A stretch of 37,882 nucleotides of DNA, from positions 1-37,882 of the forward strand of contig CAXXMR010000024.1 of assembly GCA_963663805.2 (NCBI GenBank), written 5' to 3'. The DNA is from Sedimentisphaerales bacterium. GTDB taxonomy: Bacteria > Planctomycetota > Phycisphaerae > Sedimentisphaerales > SM23-30. This document shows positions 18,785-27,336 of the stretch, piece by piece. Position numbers and translations under genes: made by a program. Below the pieces are notes generated by a model that was given only the letters and a program-made list of their open reading frames with translations, ran no database searches and was not told where the DNA came from. The first letter of the stretch is position 1. Every line of letters starts with the position of its first letter.

Positions 18785-18812
18785 GCTTTCATAGTTTCTT
18801 AAATTTGCCCCC

Positions 18813-18998
18813 AGCCATAACAAAAACGGTATTGAAATACAAATGTATATGGCGATTATCGCTTGTATGCTGATCAGCTTATGGACCGGCAGAAAACCTA
18901 CTCTTAGAACATACGAAATGGTCTGCTGGTATTTTAGCGGAATGGCCGACCTGGAAGAATTAGAAGCTCATATCGCTCGTCAAAAACTTCAGAAATAA
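18813..18998 (+). pseudogene. C-terminal remnant of an IS4-family-like transposase
   Basis: Manual translation SHNKNGIEIQMYMAIIACMLISLWTGRKPTLRTYEMVCWYFSGMADLEELEAHIARQKLQK*, resembling planctomycete IS4 transposase C-termini (recognised from memory). Possible right IR gccgaacactattg at 19136-19149. Confidence 0.65.
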
Positions 18999-19193
18999 CC
19001 CCAAGGCCGATAGACGTCAAATCGCTGCCGCAGTTGATGCTGCGCAACAATAAACCCCAAGTCACATCCTGCATTACCATCCAATCACCAAGAGAACCCC
19101 AGGCATTTACAAAAGCAAAAAAGAGCAATCACCGTGCCGAACACTATTGTACCCGGTACATTTTCCCACTCCACTCCCCAACCGCCGCCCATC

Positions 19194-19298
19194 AGAGCCG
19201 CGTACGTAAGTAAGCGATTGCCGTTAAAATAAAAACCCTCGGCCAAAGGCCGAAACCTCGCCGTTCCCTCCTGCCTCTTGCCTCATCCCTCCTGCCTT
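19194..19298 (-). repeat. Repeat module B, inverted copy
   Basis: Reverse complement reads aggcaggagggatgaggcaagaggcaggagggaacggcgaggtttcggcctttggccgagggtttttatttta...cttacgtacgcggctc. Confidence 0.7.
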
Positions 19299-19359
19299 TC
19301 TAAATCTCAAAATCACCCCAAAAAACACTCAAAAAAATAAAAAAATCGCTCGAAAAAAC

Positions 19360-19649
19360 AAAAAAATCATCAAAAATCGGTCATCCCAGTCCAAACCGCG
19401 CCGAAAACCCCCACCGCAAACACGACTTTGCCACCGCAATGACGCCCCAAACAGGCATATTCACAACCCAAATCCCCCCTTCCATGTCCCCAAATACTCT
19501 TTTTACCCCCCCCAAAAATCCCCAATCGCGCTGATTTCGCCCCCTGCAAATTGCGCATTAAGGCGAAAGCTACACCCTAAAAAACCGTTTTAAGCCGCCC
19601 TCGCGCCTACAAAGTAACCCCCGCGCTCACAAAAATAAGGACTTACAAC
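19360..19649 (-). repeat. Repeat A, copy 2 (inverted relative to copy 1)
   Basis: Reverse complement aligns with 460-750; both copies give the same spurious peptide MRNLQGAKSARLGI. Confidence 0.9.
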
Positions 19650-19744
19650 ATAATCCTCTTGCCAATTTTTTTCTTTCAACCAGGGCCAAAATCGAGGATA
19701 ATCCCAGCTTGGATTTTAGTTAATCTATTATCGGCAGGACATTT

Positions 19745-20506
19745 ATGAACGAACAGCCGCACGACCAGGAACAAATCGAACAGACCGAACAGCCTACCCC
19801 CGAACCGGTAGAGCTTCAGCCGGAAGAACCGGAAGCTGAACAGCCCCAAACCATTTATACACAAGAAGTTAATGACACAAAGGACGAACCGGACACCCAA
19901 TCGTCCGAACCCGACGAATCTGAACCACAGGCAAAAACCGACGAGCCAGAACAACCACAACTCGTTGAAATACAAGAAGATACAGAAATAAACCCCGACC
20001 TGGTCGTCGAGGCCGTCCTCTTTGCCACCGACGAACCCATCCCACCAGCCAAACTAGTCGAAATCGTCGGTACCGGCGACGTCCGCGAGATGCGAAAGAT
20101 AATCGAAACTCTCAACGAAAAATACGAGCAAATGGGCACGGCTTTCCGGGTCGAAGAAATCGCCGGCGGCTACCAAATGCTTACTCTTCCTATATTTAAC
20201 AACTGGCTAAAGAAACTCGTCAAGGTCCGAGCCGAGTCCAAACTATCACCGGCCGCCCTGGAAACATTGGCAATAATCGCATATAAACAACCCATTTTGC
20301 GAGTAGACGTTGAGGCCATCCGCGGGGTAGCCGCCGGCGAAATGATTCGTCAGTTGAGCGAAAAAGGACTGGTAAAAATCGTAGGCCGAGCCGAAGAACT
20401 CGGTCGGCCTTTGCTGTATGGAACGACCAAGAAGTTTTTACAAGTCTTTGGCCTGGCTAGTCTTAAAGACCTGCCCACCGCCAAGGATCTGCAAAAACCT
20501 GAATGA
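19745..20506 (+). CDS. scpB: SMC-Scp complex subunit ScpB with an acidic N-terminal extension
   Basis: VEAVLFA, IAGGYQM, LSPAALETLAIIAYKQP..VEAIRGV, GRPLLYGTT..FL..FGL. Confidence 0.93.
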   Translation: MNEQPHDQEQIEQTEQPTPEPVELQPEEPEAEQPQTIYTQEVNDTKDEPDTQSSEPDESEPQAKTDEPEQPQLVEIQEDTEINPDLVVEAVLFATDEPIPPAKLVEIVGTGDVREMRKIIETLNEKYEQMGTAFRVEEIAGGYQMLTLPIFNNWLKKLVKVRAESKLSPAALETLAIIAYKQPILRVDVEAIRGVAAGEMIRQLSEKGLVKIVGRAEELGRPLLYGTTKKFLQVFGLASLKDLPTAKDLQKPE

Positions 20507-20529
20507 ATGATGATAAGGAGTAAGGATAA

Positions 20530-21189
20530 ATGGCCCAGGAACGAGTACTGGTGGTAGAACGCCAGACAGTTGAAAAAGTCGATGTCTTTCATGGTCTTAA
20601 CTGCAATGTTGACAAATATTTAGAGTCAATCTTCGCCGATGGCGCCTTGCGTTTTATGGACCGGGAAGCTGCTGAGCAGGACCCTGCTTTCAAGCAGTTA
20701 ATACCCTATGTGATAATGACTTACGATAATAAATACTGGAGCTATGTCCGCGGCAAACGCGCCGGCGAGTCCCGCCTCAAGGGCAACCGCTCCATCGGCA
20801 TAGGTGGTCATATCAACCCGGTAGACCTGACTGAAGATGCCGCAAATACTGATTTTCGCAGGGTTTACAAAGCTGCCGTCCAACGTGAAGTTGAAGAGGA
20901 AGTCAACCTCCAGGCCGCCTACACCGACCGGGTCATGGGCCTATTAAACGACGACACCAACGAGGTTGGTCAGGTTCATCTGGGGATTGTTCATCTTTGG
21001 CAGCTGGATTCTGACCAGCTCAGCAAACGCGAACAAATGATTACCCAGACAGCATTTATGACATCTGATGAATTACAGCGGGAATGGGATTCGCTGGAAA
21101 CCTGGTCGCAATTATGCTTACAGGGTCTGCGTGAAATGGAAGAATCGGGCCACCAGGGCCATTGCGTCAAAAAAATCTTCGGAATTTAA
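20530..21189 (+). CDS. NUDIX/MutT-like predicted phosphoesterase
   Basis: AEQDPAFKQLIPY, ESRL..SIGIGGHINP, REVEEEV, NDDTNEVGQVHLG, LETWSQ. Confidence 0.8.
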   Translation: MAQERVLVVERQTVEKVDVFHGLNCNVDKYLESIFADGALRFMDREAAEQDPAFKQLIPYVIMTYDNKYWSYVRGKRAGESRLKGNRSIGIGGHINPVDLTEDAANTDFRRVYKAAVQREVEEEVNLQAAYTDRVMGLLNDDTNEVGQVHLGIVHLWQLDSDQLSKREQMITQTAFMTSDELQREWDSLETWSQLCLQGLREMEESGHQGHCVKKIFGI

Positions 21190-21208
21190 GCGCATAAGTG
21201 GCTCAAAC

Positions 21209-21250
21209 GACCGATTTTTGCAAGTTTTTGACGATTTTTTGGCTTTTTTC
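21209..21250 (+). repeat. Short fragment resembling the 3' tail of repeat A
   Basis: gaccgatttttg..tttttgacgattttttgg versus gaccgttttttgacgatttttttttgg at 726-752; low complexity. Confidence 0.45.
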
Positions 21251-21290
21251 AACCGTTTTTTAGCTTTTTTTCGAGTTTTGGAGACGTTTA

Positions 21291-22061
21291 ATGCAACTAA
21301 ATCTGGATGTTAGCACCGCCGTCTCCTATAAAAGCAAAAGTCAGAAAATACGAGTTATGACGGAAAGCTGGGTTAAGGAAACAATTTTTTGTGTAAATTG
21401 TGGAAATGGATTAGAGCAATGTAAAAACAATGCTCCGGTCAAAGATTTCCATTGTCAAAAATGTGGTGAAAATTATGAATTGAAAAGCAAGAAGAATACT
21501 TTGGGCAAAAAGATAGTCGATGGGGCTTATTCGACAATGATTGAAAGATTACAGAATTCTGATAATCCCAATTTTTTCTTTTTGAATTATCGTGATTTTC
21601 GAGTTAATAATTTCATGGTCGTTCCTAAACATTTTTTTATTCCGGCACACATTGAGAAACGACAAGCTTTGTCGGCCAGCGCAAGGAGGGCAGGTTGGAC
21701 AGGTTGTAATATTTTGCTGCACGATATTCCTACCAGTGGGAAAATTTTTTACGTGAAAGACGGTGTGGTTGAAGATAGAAGAAAAGTTTTAGAAAAATGG
21801 CACAAAACAATGTTTCTCAGGAACACCGGAGGGGGAGAATTAAAAGGTTGGATATTGGATGTAATGAATTGCATTGACAAATTAGGTAAAGATACTTTCA
21901 GCTTAGATGAAATTTATCATTTTGAGGATATTCTTCAGAGTAAACATCCCAATAACAGCTGTATCAGGGAGAAGATTCGTCAGCAATTACAATTTCTAAG
22001 AGACAAGGGATATGTAGATTTTGTAAGTCGGGGCAACTATAGATTGATGCAAGATAATTAA
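21291..22061 (+). CDS. DpnI-like (Dam-replacing family) methylation-dependent restriction endonuclease
   Basis: YKSKSQKIRVMTESWV, two CxxC, YELKSK, DGAY, ARRAGW.GCNI, winged helix KIRQQLQ.LRDKG; AT-rich. Confidence 0.88.
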   Translation: MQLNLDVSTAVSYKSKSQKIRVMTESWVKETIFCVNCGNGLEQCKNNAPVKDFHCQKCGENYELKSKKNTLGKKIVDGAYSTMIERLQNSDNPNFFFLNYRDFRVNNFMVVPKHFFIPAHIEKRQALSASARRAGWTGCNILLHDIPTSGKIFYVKDGVVEDRRKVLEKWHKTMFLRNTGGGELKGWILDVMNCIDKLGKDTFSLDEIYHFEDILQSKHPNNSCIREKIRQQLQFLRDKGYVDFVSRGNYRLMQDN

Positions 22062-22092
22062 GATTATATTCAATAATAATCAGAGAACTTAA

Positions 22093-22692
22093 ATGAAAGA
22101 AACTATCAGGAAAGAGTTGCGGCGGTTGTTAAGTTATTTTAGTGCTGATCAGATTGCGGCTAAGAGTAGTGCGGCTTGTGGGAATCTTTGTGGGACTGAG
22201 GTTTTTCAGGGGGCTGAAGTTGTGATGTTGTTTCTTTCGTTGGCTCAGGAGATAGATACAACAGATGCCGTTCGGGAGGCTTTTGATTCTGGTAAGACTG
22301 TAGTTGTCCCCAAGGTTCAATGGCAGGAGAGGCGGCTGGTTCCGGTTCGGATGAGTTCTCTGGATTGCAAGCTGGTCAAAGATCATTATGGTCTGCGTTA
22401 TCCGGCGGATGGTCTGGCTGTTCGGCAACATGAGATTGATTTGGTTGTAGTGCCGGGATTGGGTTTTGACGGGATGGGCAATCGGCTGGGTCGAGGGGGG
22501 GGTTTTTACGACCGGTTTTTGAGTGATGGTTTTGGGGGGATGAAATGCGGGTTTGGTTTTCACGAGCAACTTTTGGATATGGTTCCGGTGAATAGTCATG
22601 ATGTGCCGCTGAATATGCTGGTGACTGACGCGACGGTACGGCGGTTTACGGATTGTCCGCTGGAACATAATCGCAAATGTGTATCTCAATGA
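22093..22692 (+). CDS. ygfA: 5-formyltetrahydrofolate cyclo-ligase
   Basis: EIDT, VVVPK, DLVVVPGLGFD..NRLGRGGGFYDRFL, HDVP. Confidence 0.92.
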   Translation: MKETIRKELRRLLSYFSADQIAAKSSAACGNLCGTEVFQGAEVVMLFLSLAQEIDTTDAVREAFDSGKTVVVPKVQWQERRLVPVRMSSLDCKLVKDHYGLRYPADGLAVRQHEIDLVVVPGLGFDGMGNRLGRGGGFYDRFLSDGFGGMKCGFGFHEQLLDMVPVNSHDVPLNMLVTDATVRRFTDCPLEHNRKCVSQ

Positions 22693-22709
22693 TTTAGTTA
22701 GAACTGGAG

Positions 22710-22896
22710 TTTTGCAAAATGACAATTTGGCATACTTTTGATCAGAAAAAAAACGCTACGCTGTTTTTTCTGAGTTTATACTTTTTATCGTAAGATTTTT
22801 ACGTTTAAGAATTTAATGCAATTTGATTTGATTTCAAATTCGGGTTAAAAATCAAATTGCATTAAATTAGGTATGCCAAACTGTCATTTTGCAAAA
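22710..22896. mobile_element. MITE-like non-coding element with 26-bp terminal inverted repeats and two internal hairpins
   Basis: ttttgcaaaatgacaatttggcatac (22710-22735) / gtatgccaaactgtcattttgcaaaa (22871-22896), one mismatch; internal 10-bp and perfect 20-bp inverted repeats. Confidence 0.7.
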
Positions 22897-22929
22897 GTTA
22901 GATTAGTTAGTTAGAAAAAGGATTTTTGA

Positions 22930-23937
22930 ATGGCGCGAAGCAGTTACGGCAAGAAATCTTATCGGCAGCTTACTGGGGCGATAATAATCGTATTTCTGGC
23001 AGGGGCATTTCTGGGTTGGCGTTATTATGTCAATCAAACAAATGCTGAGCCGGAGATTACCTTGCCGGAGTTGATAGTTGATCCGGAAGTTACTGGGCCA
23101 GTTGAAGTTGAGGTGGTCGTTGAGCCAGAGGCAGTTGAACCGGTTGCGGTTTCAGAACCTGTGGTGGAGCCGGAGCCGGTCAGTGCGGGTAATGCTTTGC
23201 TTAGGGAAGGCGAGTCGGCGTTATCTAATGGTGATTATATCGGGGCACGTGATAAGTTGAGCGGGGCTGTCAAGGCGGGGCTTGACAAATCCGAGATGAA
23301 GCGGGCGCGGGCGTTAATAAACAGCGCGGCGGATGAATGGCTTTTCAGTAAAAAGATATTCGAGAAGGACACCCTTTGCAGTCGCTATAAAGTGAAGTCG
23401 GGTGATTTGCTGGTGAAAATCGGCAAGAGCCACAAGGTTCCTTATCAATTATTGATGAAGATAAACGGTATTGATAATCCTTCGCTTTTGGGGGCGGGCC
23501 AGACGATTAAGGTTGTGAATGGGCCTTTCCATCTGGTGGTGGACCGCAGTGACTTTACGATGTATGTTTATCTCAATGATGTGCTGGTGCGGACCTATCC
23601 GGTGGGGCTGGGCAAGTCGGGGCGGCAGACGCCGAGCGGTTTATGGGTTTCGACGCCGGGCAAGAAGCAGGTTAATCCCGGTTGGCCCGATGTGGAGACG
23701 GGGAAATATTATATGCCCAATGACCCGGAGAATCCGCTGGGTGAAAGATGGATTGGCTTGACGGGTAAGGAAGGTGACTGCGTAGGCCGGACGGGGTTCG
23801 GGATTCATGGGACGGTCAAGCCTCAGGAAATTGGCAAGGAGGCGTCGCGCGGTTGTATCCGGCTGCACAATGTTGATGTGGAGCAGCTCTATGATATGGT
23901 AACTGAAGGTGAGACTACGGTTGTTGTGAGGGATTAA
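22930..23937 (+). CDS. Membrane-anchored LysM + L,D-transpeptidase (YkuD) protein
   Basis: N-terminal TM helix; YKVKSGDLL..I..NGI..GQTIKV (LysM); GIHGT..IG..SRGCIRL. Confidence 0.9.
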   Translation: MARSSYGKKSYRQLTGAIIIVFLAGAFLGWRYYVNQTNAEPEITLPELIVDPEVTGPVEVEVVVEPEAVEPVAVSEPVVEPEPVSAGNALLREGESALSNGDYIGARDKLSGAVKAGLDKSEMKRARALINSAADEWLFSKKIFEKDTLCSRYKVKSGDLLVKIGKSHKVPYQLLMKINGIDNPSLLGAGQTIKVVNGPFHLVVDRSDFTMYVYLNDVLVRTYPVGLGKSGRQTPSGLWVSTPGKKQVNPGWPDVETGKYYMPNDPENPLGERWIGLTGKEGDCVGRTGFGIHGTVKPQEIGKEASRGCIRLHNVDVEQLYDMVTEGETTVVVRD

Positions 23938-24009
23938 AGAGATAAGAAATTAGATATAACTGGAGTTTTGCAAAAGTTAAGATATGAGATTAACAACACG
24001 GCAAAGGAT

Positions 24010-24876
24010 ATGAATAAAAAACAAGTAAAATCTGATTTCCAAAAAAAACTCCATGCGCTTTCAAAAACTCTGAATAAGCATGTGAATACCGAAGATAAGC
24101 AATGGACCATAAAAGGCTTTATTGATGTTTTCAGAAATGTCTATACGATTTCGGCGGACACCAAGGTTGTTTCTAAAATATTGGAAATACATTTATTTCC
24201 TCTTTTGCTAGAATTTGCTCATAGTCATGACTATCGGATTGTTTTGGCCGACCATCAGAATTATTACCCCGATCTTACATTTATATCCGCCAAAGACGAA
24301 TCAATTAAATTTGCTGTAGATTTCAAGACGACATATCGTTTGCCCAATAAGCCTGGTTTTTGTAATGGTTTCACATTGGGTTCGCATGGCAGTTATTTTG
24401 TAAATCGAGACGGGCGGAAGAATATTCAGTTCCCCTATAATGAGTATTTGGGGCACTATTGTTTGGGGATTATTTATACCCGCACAGACTCTGAAAGCAT
24501 TGACGAAACGCGTGTGTACCATGATACGCATCTCCAGTCCATTGTTTCGGTTATCAGGGATATAGAATTTTTTGTTTGCGAGAAGTGGGAAATTGCCAGT
24601 GATTCTCAAGGCAGTGGAAATACGGCAAACATAGGCAGTATTGTTTGCATCAAAGATATTTTGGCGGGAAATGGAGTATTCAAGAACCTAGGAGAAGAAT
24701 GGTTTGACGATTACTGGATAAACTACGGAAAGATTACTATCAAGAGCAAATCCGGCAATCAGAAAAAAATTACAAAACTCACGGAATATTTAGAATTCAA
24801 AGGCCAAGATCCTCAAAAAGCTAATCCCTGTTTGCGATCTCCTAATAAAAAGCGGAGGGTGACCAAAGATGTCTAG
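24010..24876 (+). CDS. EcoRV-family type II restriction endonuclease
   Basis: ADTKVVSKILE, QNYYPD, DFKTTY, FTLGS, KNIQFPY, GSGNTANIGS correspond to EcoRV motifs. Confidence 0.85.
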   Translation: MNKKQVKSDFQKKLHALSKTLNKHVNTEDKQWTIKGFIDVFRNVYTISADTKVVSKILEIHLFPLLLEFAHSHDYRIVLADHQNYYPDLTFISAKDESIKFAVDFKTTYRLPNKPGFCNGFTLGSHGSYFVNRDGRKNIQFPYNEYLGHYCLGIIYTRTDSESIDETRVYHDTHLQSIVSVIRDIEFFVCEKWEIASDSQGSGNTANIGSIVCIKDILAGNGVFKNLGEEWFDDYWINYGKITIKSKSGNQKKITKLTEYLEFKGQDPQKANPCLRSPNKKRRVTKDV

Positions 24877-25771
24877 AACACTTGTTCCGCCCATCAAATG
24901 TCAAGGCATTAAGACCAAGCTGGTGCCCTTAATTATTGCGAATGTTTCGCTTTCTGACTGTGGCACGTGGGTGGAGCCCTTTATGGGTTCGGGCGTTGTT
25001 GGGTTAAATGTACGTCCTTCCCAAGCAATATTCTCCGACATTAACCCTCACCTAGTCAATTTTTACAACGCCCTTAAATCCGGCGACATAACACCCGTTA
25101 GCGCCAGAGCTTTTTTGGAGCAAGAAGGAAAGACACTGGAATGCCAGGGAGAAAAACATTATTACTATGTGAGGGACCGCTTTAATCAGGATAAAAATCC
25201 CATAGATTTTCTTTTCTTGTCCCGAAGTTGTTTTAACGGCATGATTCGTTTCAATCGCAAGGGCGGATTTAATGTACCATTCTGCCGAAAGCCTCAGCGA
25301 TTTGCTCGGGCTTATGTCACTAAGATCGTAAACCAGATTTCTGAATTTTGTGAATTATTAAGTACCTATGACTGGTCTTTTGTGCATCAGGATTTCGAAG
25401 AAACCATAGCTAAAGCTGGAAAGAATGATTTTATATATTGTGATCCTCCTTATCTGGGCAGACACGTAGACTATTTTAATTCCTGGCAAATAGAAGATGA
25501 AAATCGATTGTTACAAAGTTTATCAAAAACTCCTGCAAACTTTATACTCTCGACCTGGCATAGTAATAAATACCGGCAAAATGATTTTCTACACACTCAC
25601 TGGTCCAAATTCAACGTCGTAACTAAAGAGCATTTTTATCACGTCGGGGCAAAGGAAGATAATCGCAACTCCATGTTAGAAGCACTCGTTATGAATTACA
25701 CACCTAAGTGTGAATCCGTTGTGACAAGTCGCTCACTCCAATTATCCTTGTTTGACGGGACAGCTACTTAA
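24869..25771 (+). CDS. Dam-family N6-adenine DNA methyltransferase, M.EcoRV-like
   Basis: VPPIKCQGIKTKLVP, WVEPFMGSGVV, DINPHL, FNVPFC, YCDPPY; overlaps the REase stop. Confidence 0.9.
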   Translation: MSRTLVPPIKCQGIKTKLVPLIIANVSLSDCGTWVEPFMGSGVVGLNVRPSQAIFSDINPHLVNFYNALKSGDITPVSARAFLEQEGKTLECQGEKHYYYVRDRFNQDKNPIDFLFLSRSCFNGMIRFNRKGGFNVPFCRKPQRFARAYVTKIVNQISEFCELLSTYDWSFVHQDFEETIAKAGKNDFIYCDPPYLGRHVDYFNSWQIEDENRLLQSLSKTPANFILSTWHSNKYRQNDFLHTHWSKFNVVTKEHFYHVGAKEDNRNSMLEALVMNYTPKCESVVTSRSLQLSLFDGTAT

Positions 25772-25841
25772 ACATTATACAATTTATGAAAAACTTTTGT
25801 TAGGTATATATGCCATAAAAGTTTTGGAAAGGGACGAAGTA

Positions 25842-27242
25842 ATGCAGATTAGTTTTTTAGGTGCAGTACAGAATGTTACGGGTTCGCGTCATTTGCTGGA
25901 GGCTAATGGTTCGCGGATATTGATAGACTGCGGGCTTTATCAGGAGCGTCAGTTTGCGGAGCGCAACTGGGACAAATTTCCGGTAGAGCCGTCCTCGATA
26001 GACGCGGTTTTGCTGACTCATGCGCATCTGGACCATTGCGGTTGGCTGCCGAAACTTGCCAAGGATGGTTTTGGTGGGCCAATCTACGCGATCGATGCCA
26101 CGGCAGAGCTGGCGCAGATTGTGCTGATGGATTCGGCATACCTGCAAGAAGAAGACGCGAAGTTCAAGCTGAAACGTCACGCGCGTGAGAAGCGCAAGAG
26201 CCCACACCCGGTGGCACCATTGTATACGCAGGAGGATGTCGAGGCTTGCTGTCCGCAATTTAAGAAGCTGGATTATGAAAAGACGGTTGAGGTTGCCAAG
26301 GGGATTCGGGCGACTTTTTATAATGCCGGTCATATTCTTGGTTCGTCGATGATTATGGTGGAGATTTCCGAAGGGGCAGAGAAGCGTAAGGTTCTGTTTT
26401 CGGGTGATGTGGGCCGGCTTAATCGGCCGATACTGGAAGACCCAACGCGGTTTAGTGATACGGATTATGTACTGTGCGAAAGTACTTATGGCAACCGCGT
26501 ACATGAGGACCATGTGAGTATCAAGGATGCGTTGGCGAAGGCGATTAACGATACGGTCGAAGCGGGCGGGAACGTGATAATTCCCAGTTTCGCTATCGAA
26601 CGTTCTCAAGAACTGCTTTATTATCTCAACGAGTTGCTGATGGAAAAGAAGATTCCTCGGCTGCCGACTTTTCTGGACAGTCCCATGGCGGTCAAAGCAA
26701 CCGAAGTTTTCAAGAAACATCCGGAAATGTACGATGCCGAGATGGTTGACCATATGAACAATCATCATTCGCCTTTTGATTATCCGGGTTTGTCGATGTC
26801 GCGTACTTCGGATGAATCCAAGGCGATTAAGGAATTGAATGGTTCGGCGATTATCATCGCTGGTTCGGGTATGTGTACCGGCGGTCGCATCAAGCATCAT
26901 CTGGTGAATAATATTTCGGATGCGAAGAACACGGTTTTATTTGTGGGTTATCAGGCCATCGGCACTTTGGGCCGCCGGATTGTTGAAGGCGAAAAAGAGA
27001 TTCGGATTCACGGTGAAATTCGCAAAGTTAAAGCCCGCGTGGTGAAAATCCAAGGATTTTCCGGTCATGCCGACCGCGATGAACTGATTGGCTGGCTGAA
27101 GGGATTGAAAAAGGCCCCGCGCAAAGTATTTGTTGTTCACGGTGAATCTGACGGGTCCAAGGATTTTGCCCGCTATCTGCATGAGCAAACCGGCTGGTCG
27201 GTCGAAGTGCCGCAATTTGGTCAGAAGGAAAAACTTCGCTGA
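25842..27242 (+). CDS. MBL-fold beta-CASP ribonuclease-type hydrolase
   Basis: THAHLDHCG, AGHILGS, FSGD, ESTYG, GSGMCTGGRIKHH, FSGHAD, VHGE. Confidence 0.92.
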   Translation: MQISFLGAVQNVTGSRHLLEANGSRILIDCGLYQERQFAERNWDKFPVEPSSIDAVLLTHAHLDHCGWLPKLAKDGFGGPIYAIDATAELAQIVLMDSAYLQEEDAKFKLKRHAREKRKSPHPVAPLYTQEDVEACCPQFKKLDYEKTVEVAKGIRATFYNAGHILGSSMIMVEISEGAEKRKVLFSGDVGRLNRPILEDPTRFSDTDYVLCESTYGNRVHEDHVSIKDALAKAINDTVEAGGNVIIPSFAIERSQELLYYLNELLMEKKIPRLPTFLDSPMAVKATEVFKKHPEMYDAEMVDHMNNHHSPFDYPGLSMSRTSDESKAIKELNGSAIIIAGSGMCTGGRIKHHLVNNISDAKNTVLFVGYQAIGTLGRRIVEGEKEIRIHGEIRKVKARVVKIQGFSGHADRDELIGWLKGLKKAPRKVFVVHGESDGSKDFARYLHEQTGWSVEVPQFGQKEKLR

Positions 27243-27336
27243 GAAAAATGTTAGCAATAGTTTTGAAAGGCTAATCCCGGCGTTCACGTTTGGGGCTTTT
27301 GTTTGAGCTATAGGCCCGTTAAAACGGCGAGCTGAT

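Larger units (their letters stand above)
17203..18798 (-). mobile_element. Complete IS110-family element, IS1111-type (~1596 bp)
   Basis: Inverted repeats CTATGAA(A)GCCAGATG at 17203-17217 and 18779-18794. TTC at both junctions (17200-17202, 18796-18798). Short left end, ~380-bp non-coding right end, outward TTGACA at 17223-17218. Confidence 0.9.

Noticed and set aside
19231..19266. Hammerhead ribozyme (stem-loop followed by GAAAC; also on the minus strand at 3665-3695 and 15219-15260)
   Set aside because: The essential CUGANGA core is absent in all three copies.
18900..21200. Replication origin or terminus at the skew switch
   Set aside because: No DnaA-box cluster or dif-like site recognised, and the reversal is only ~2 kb wide.
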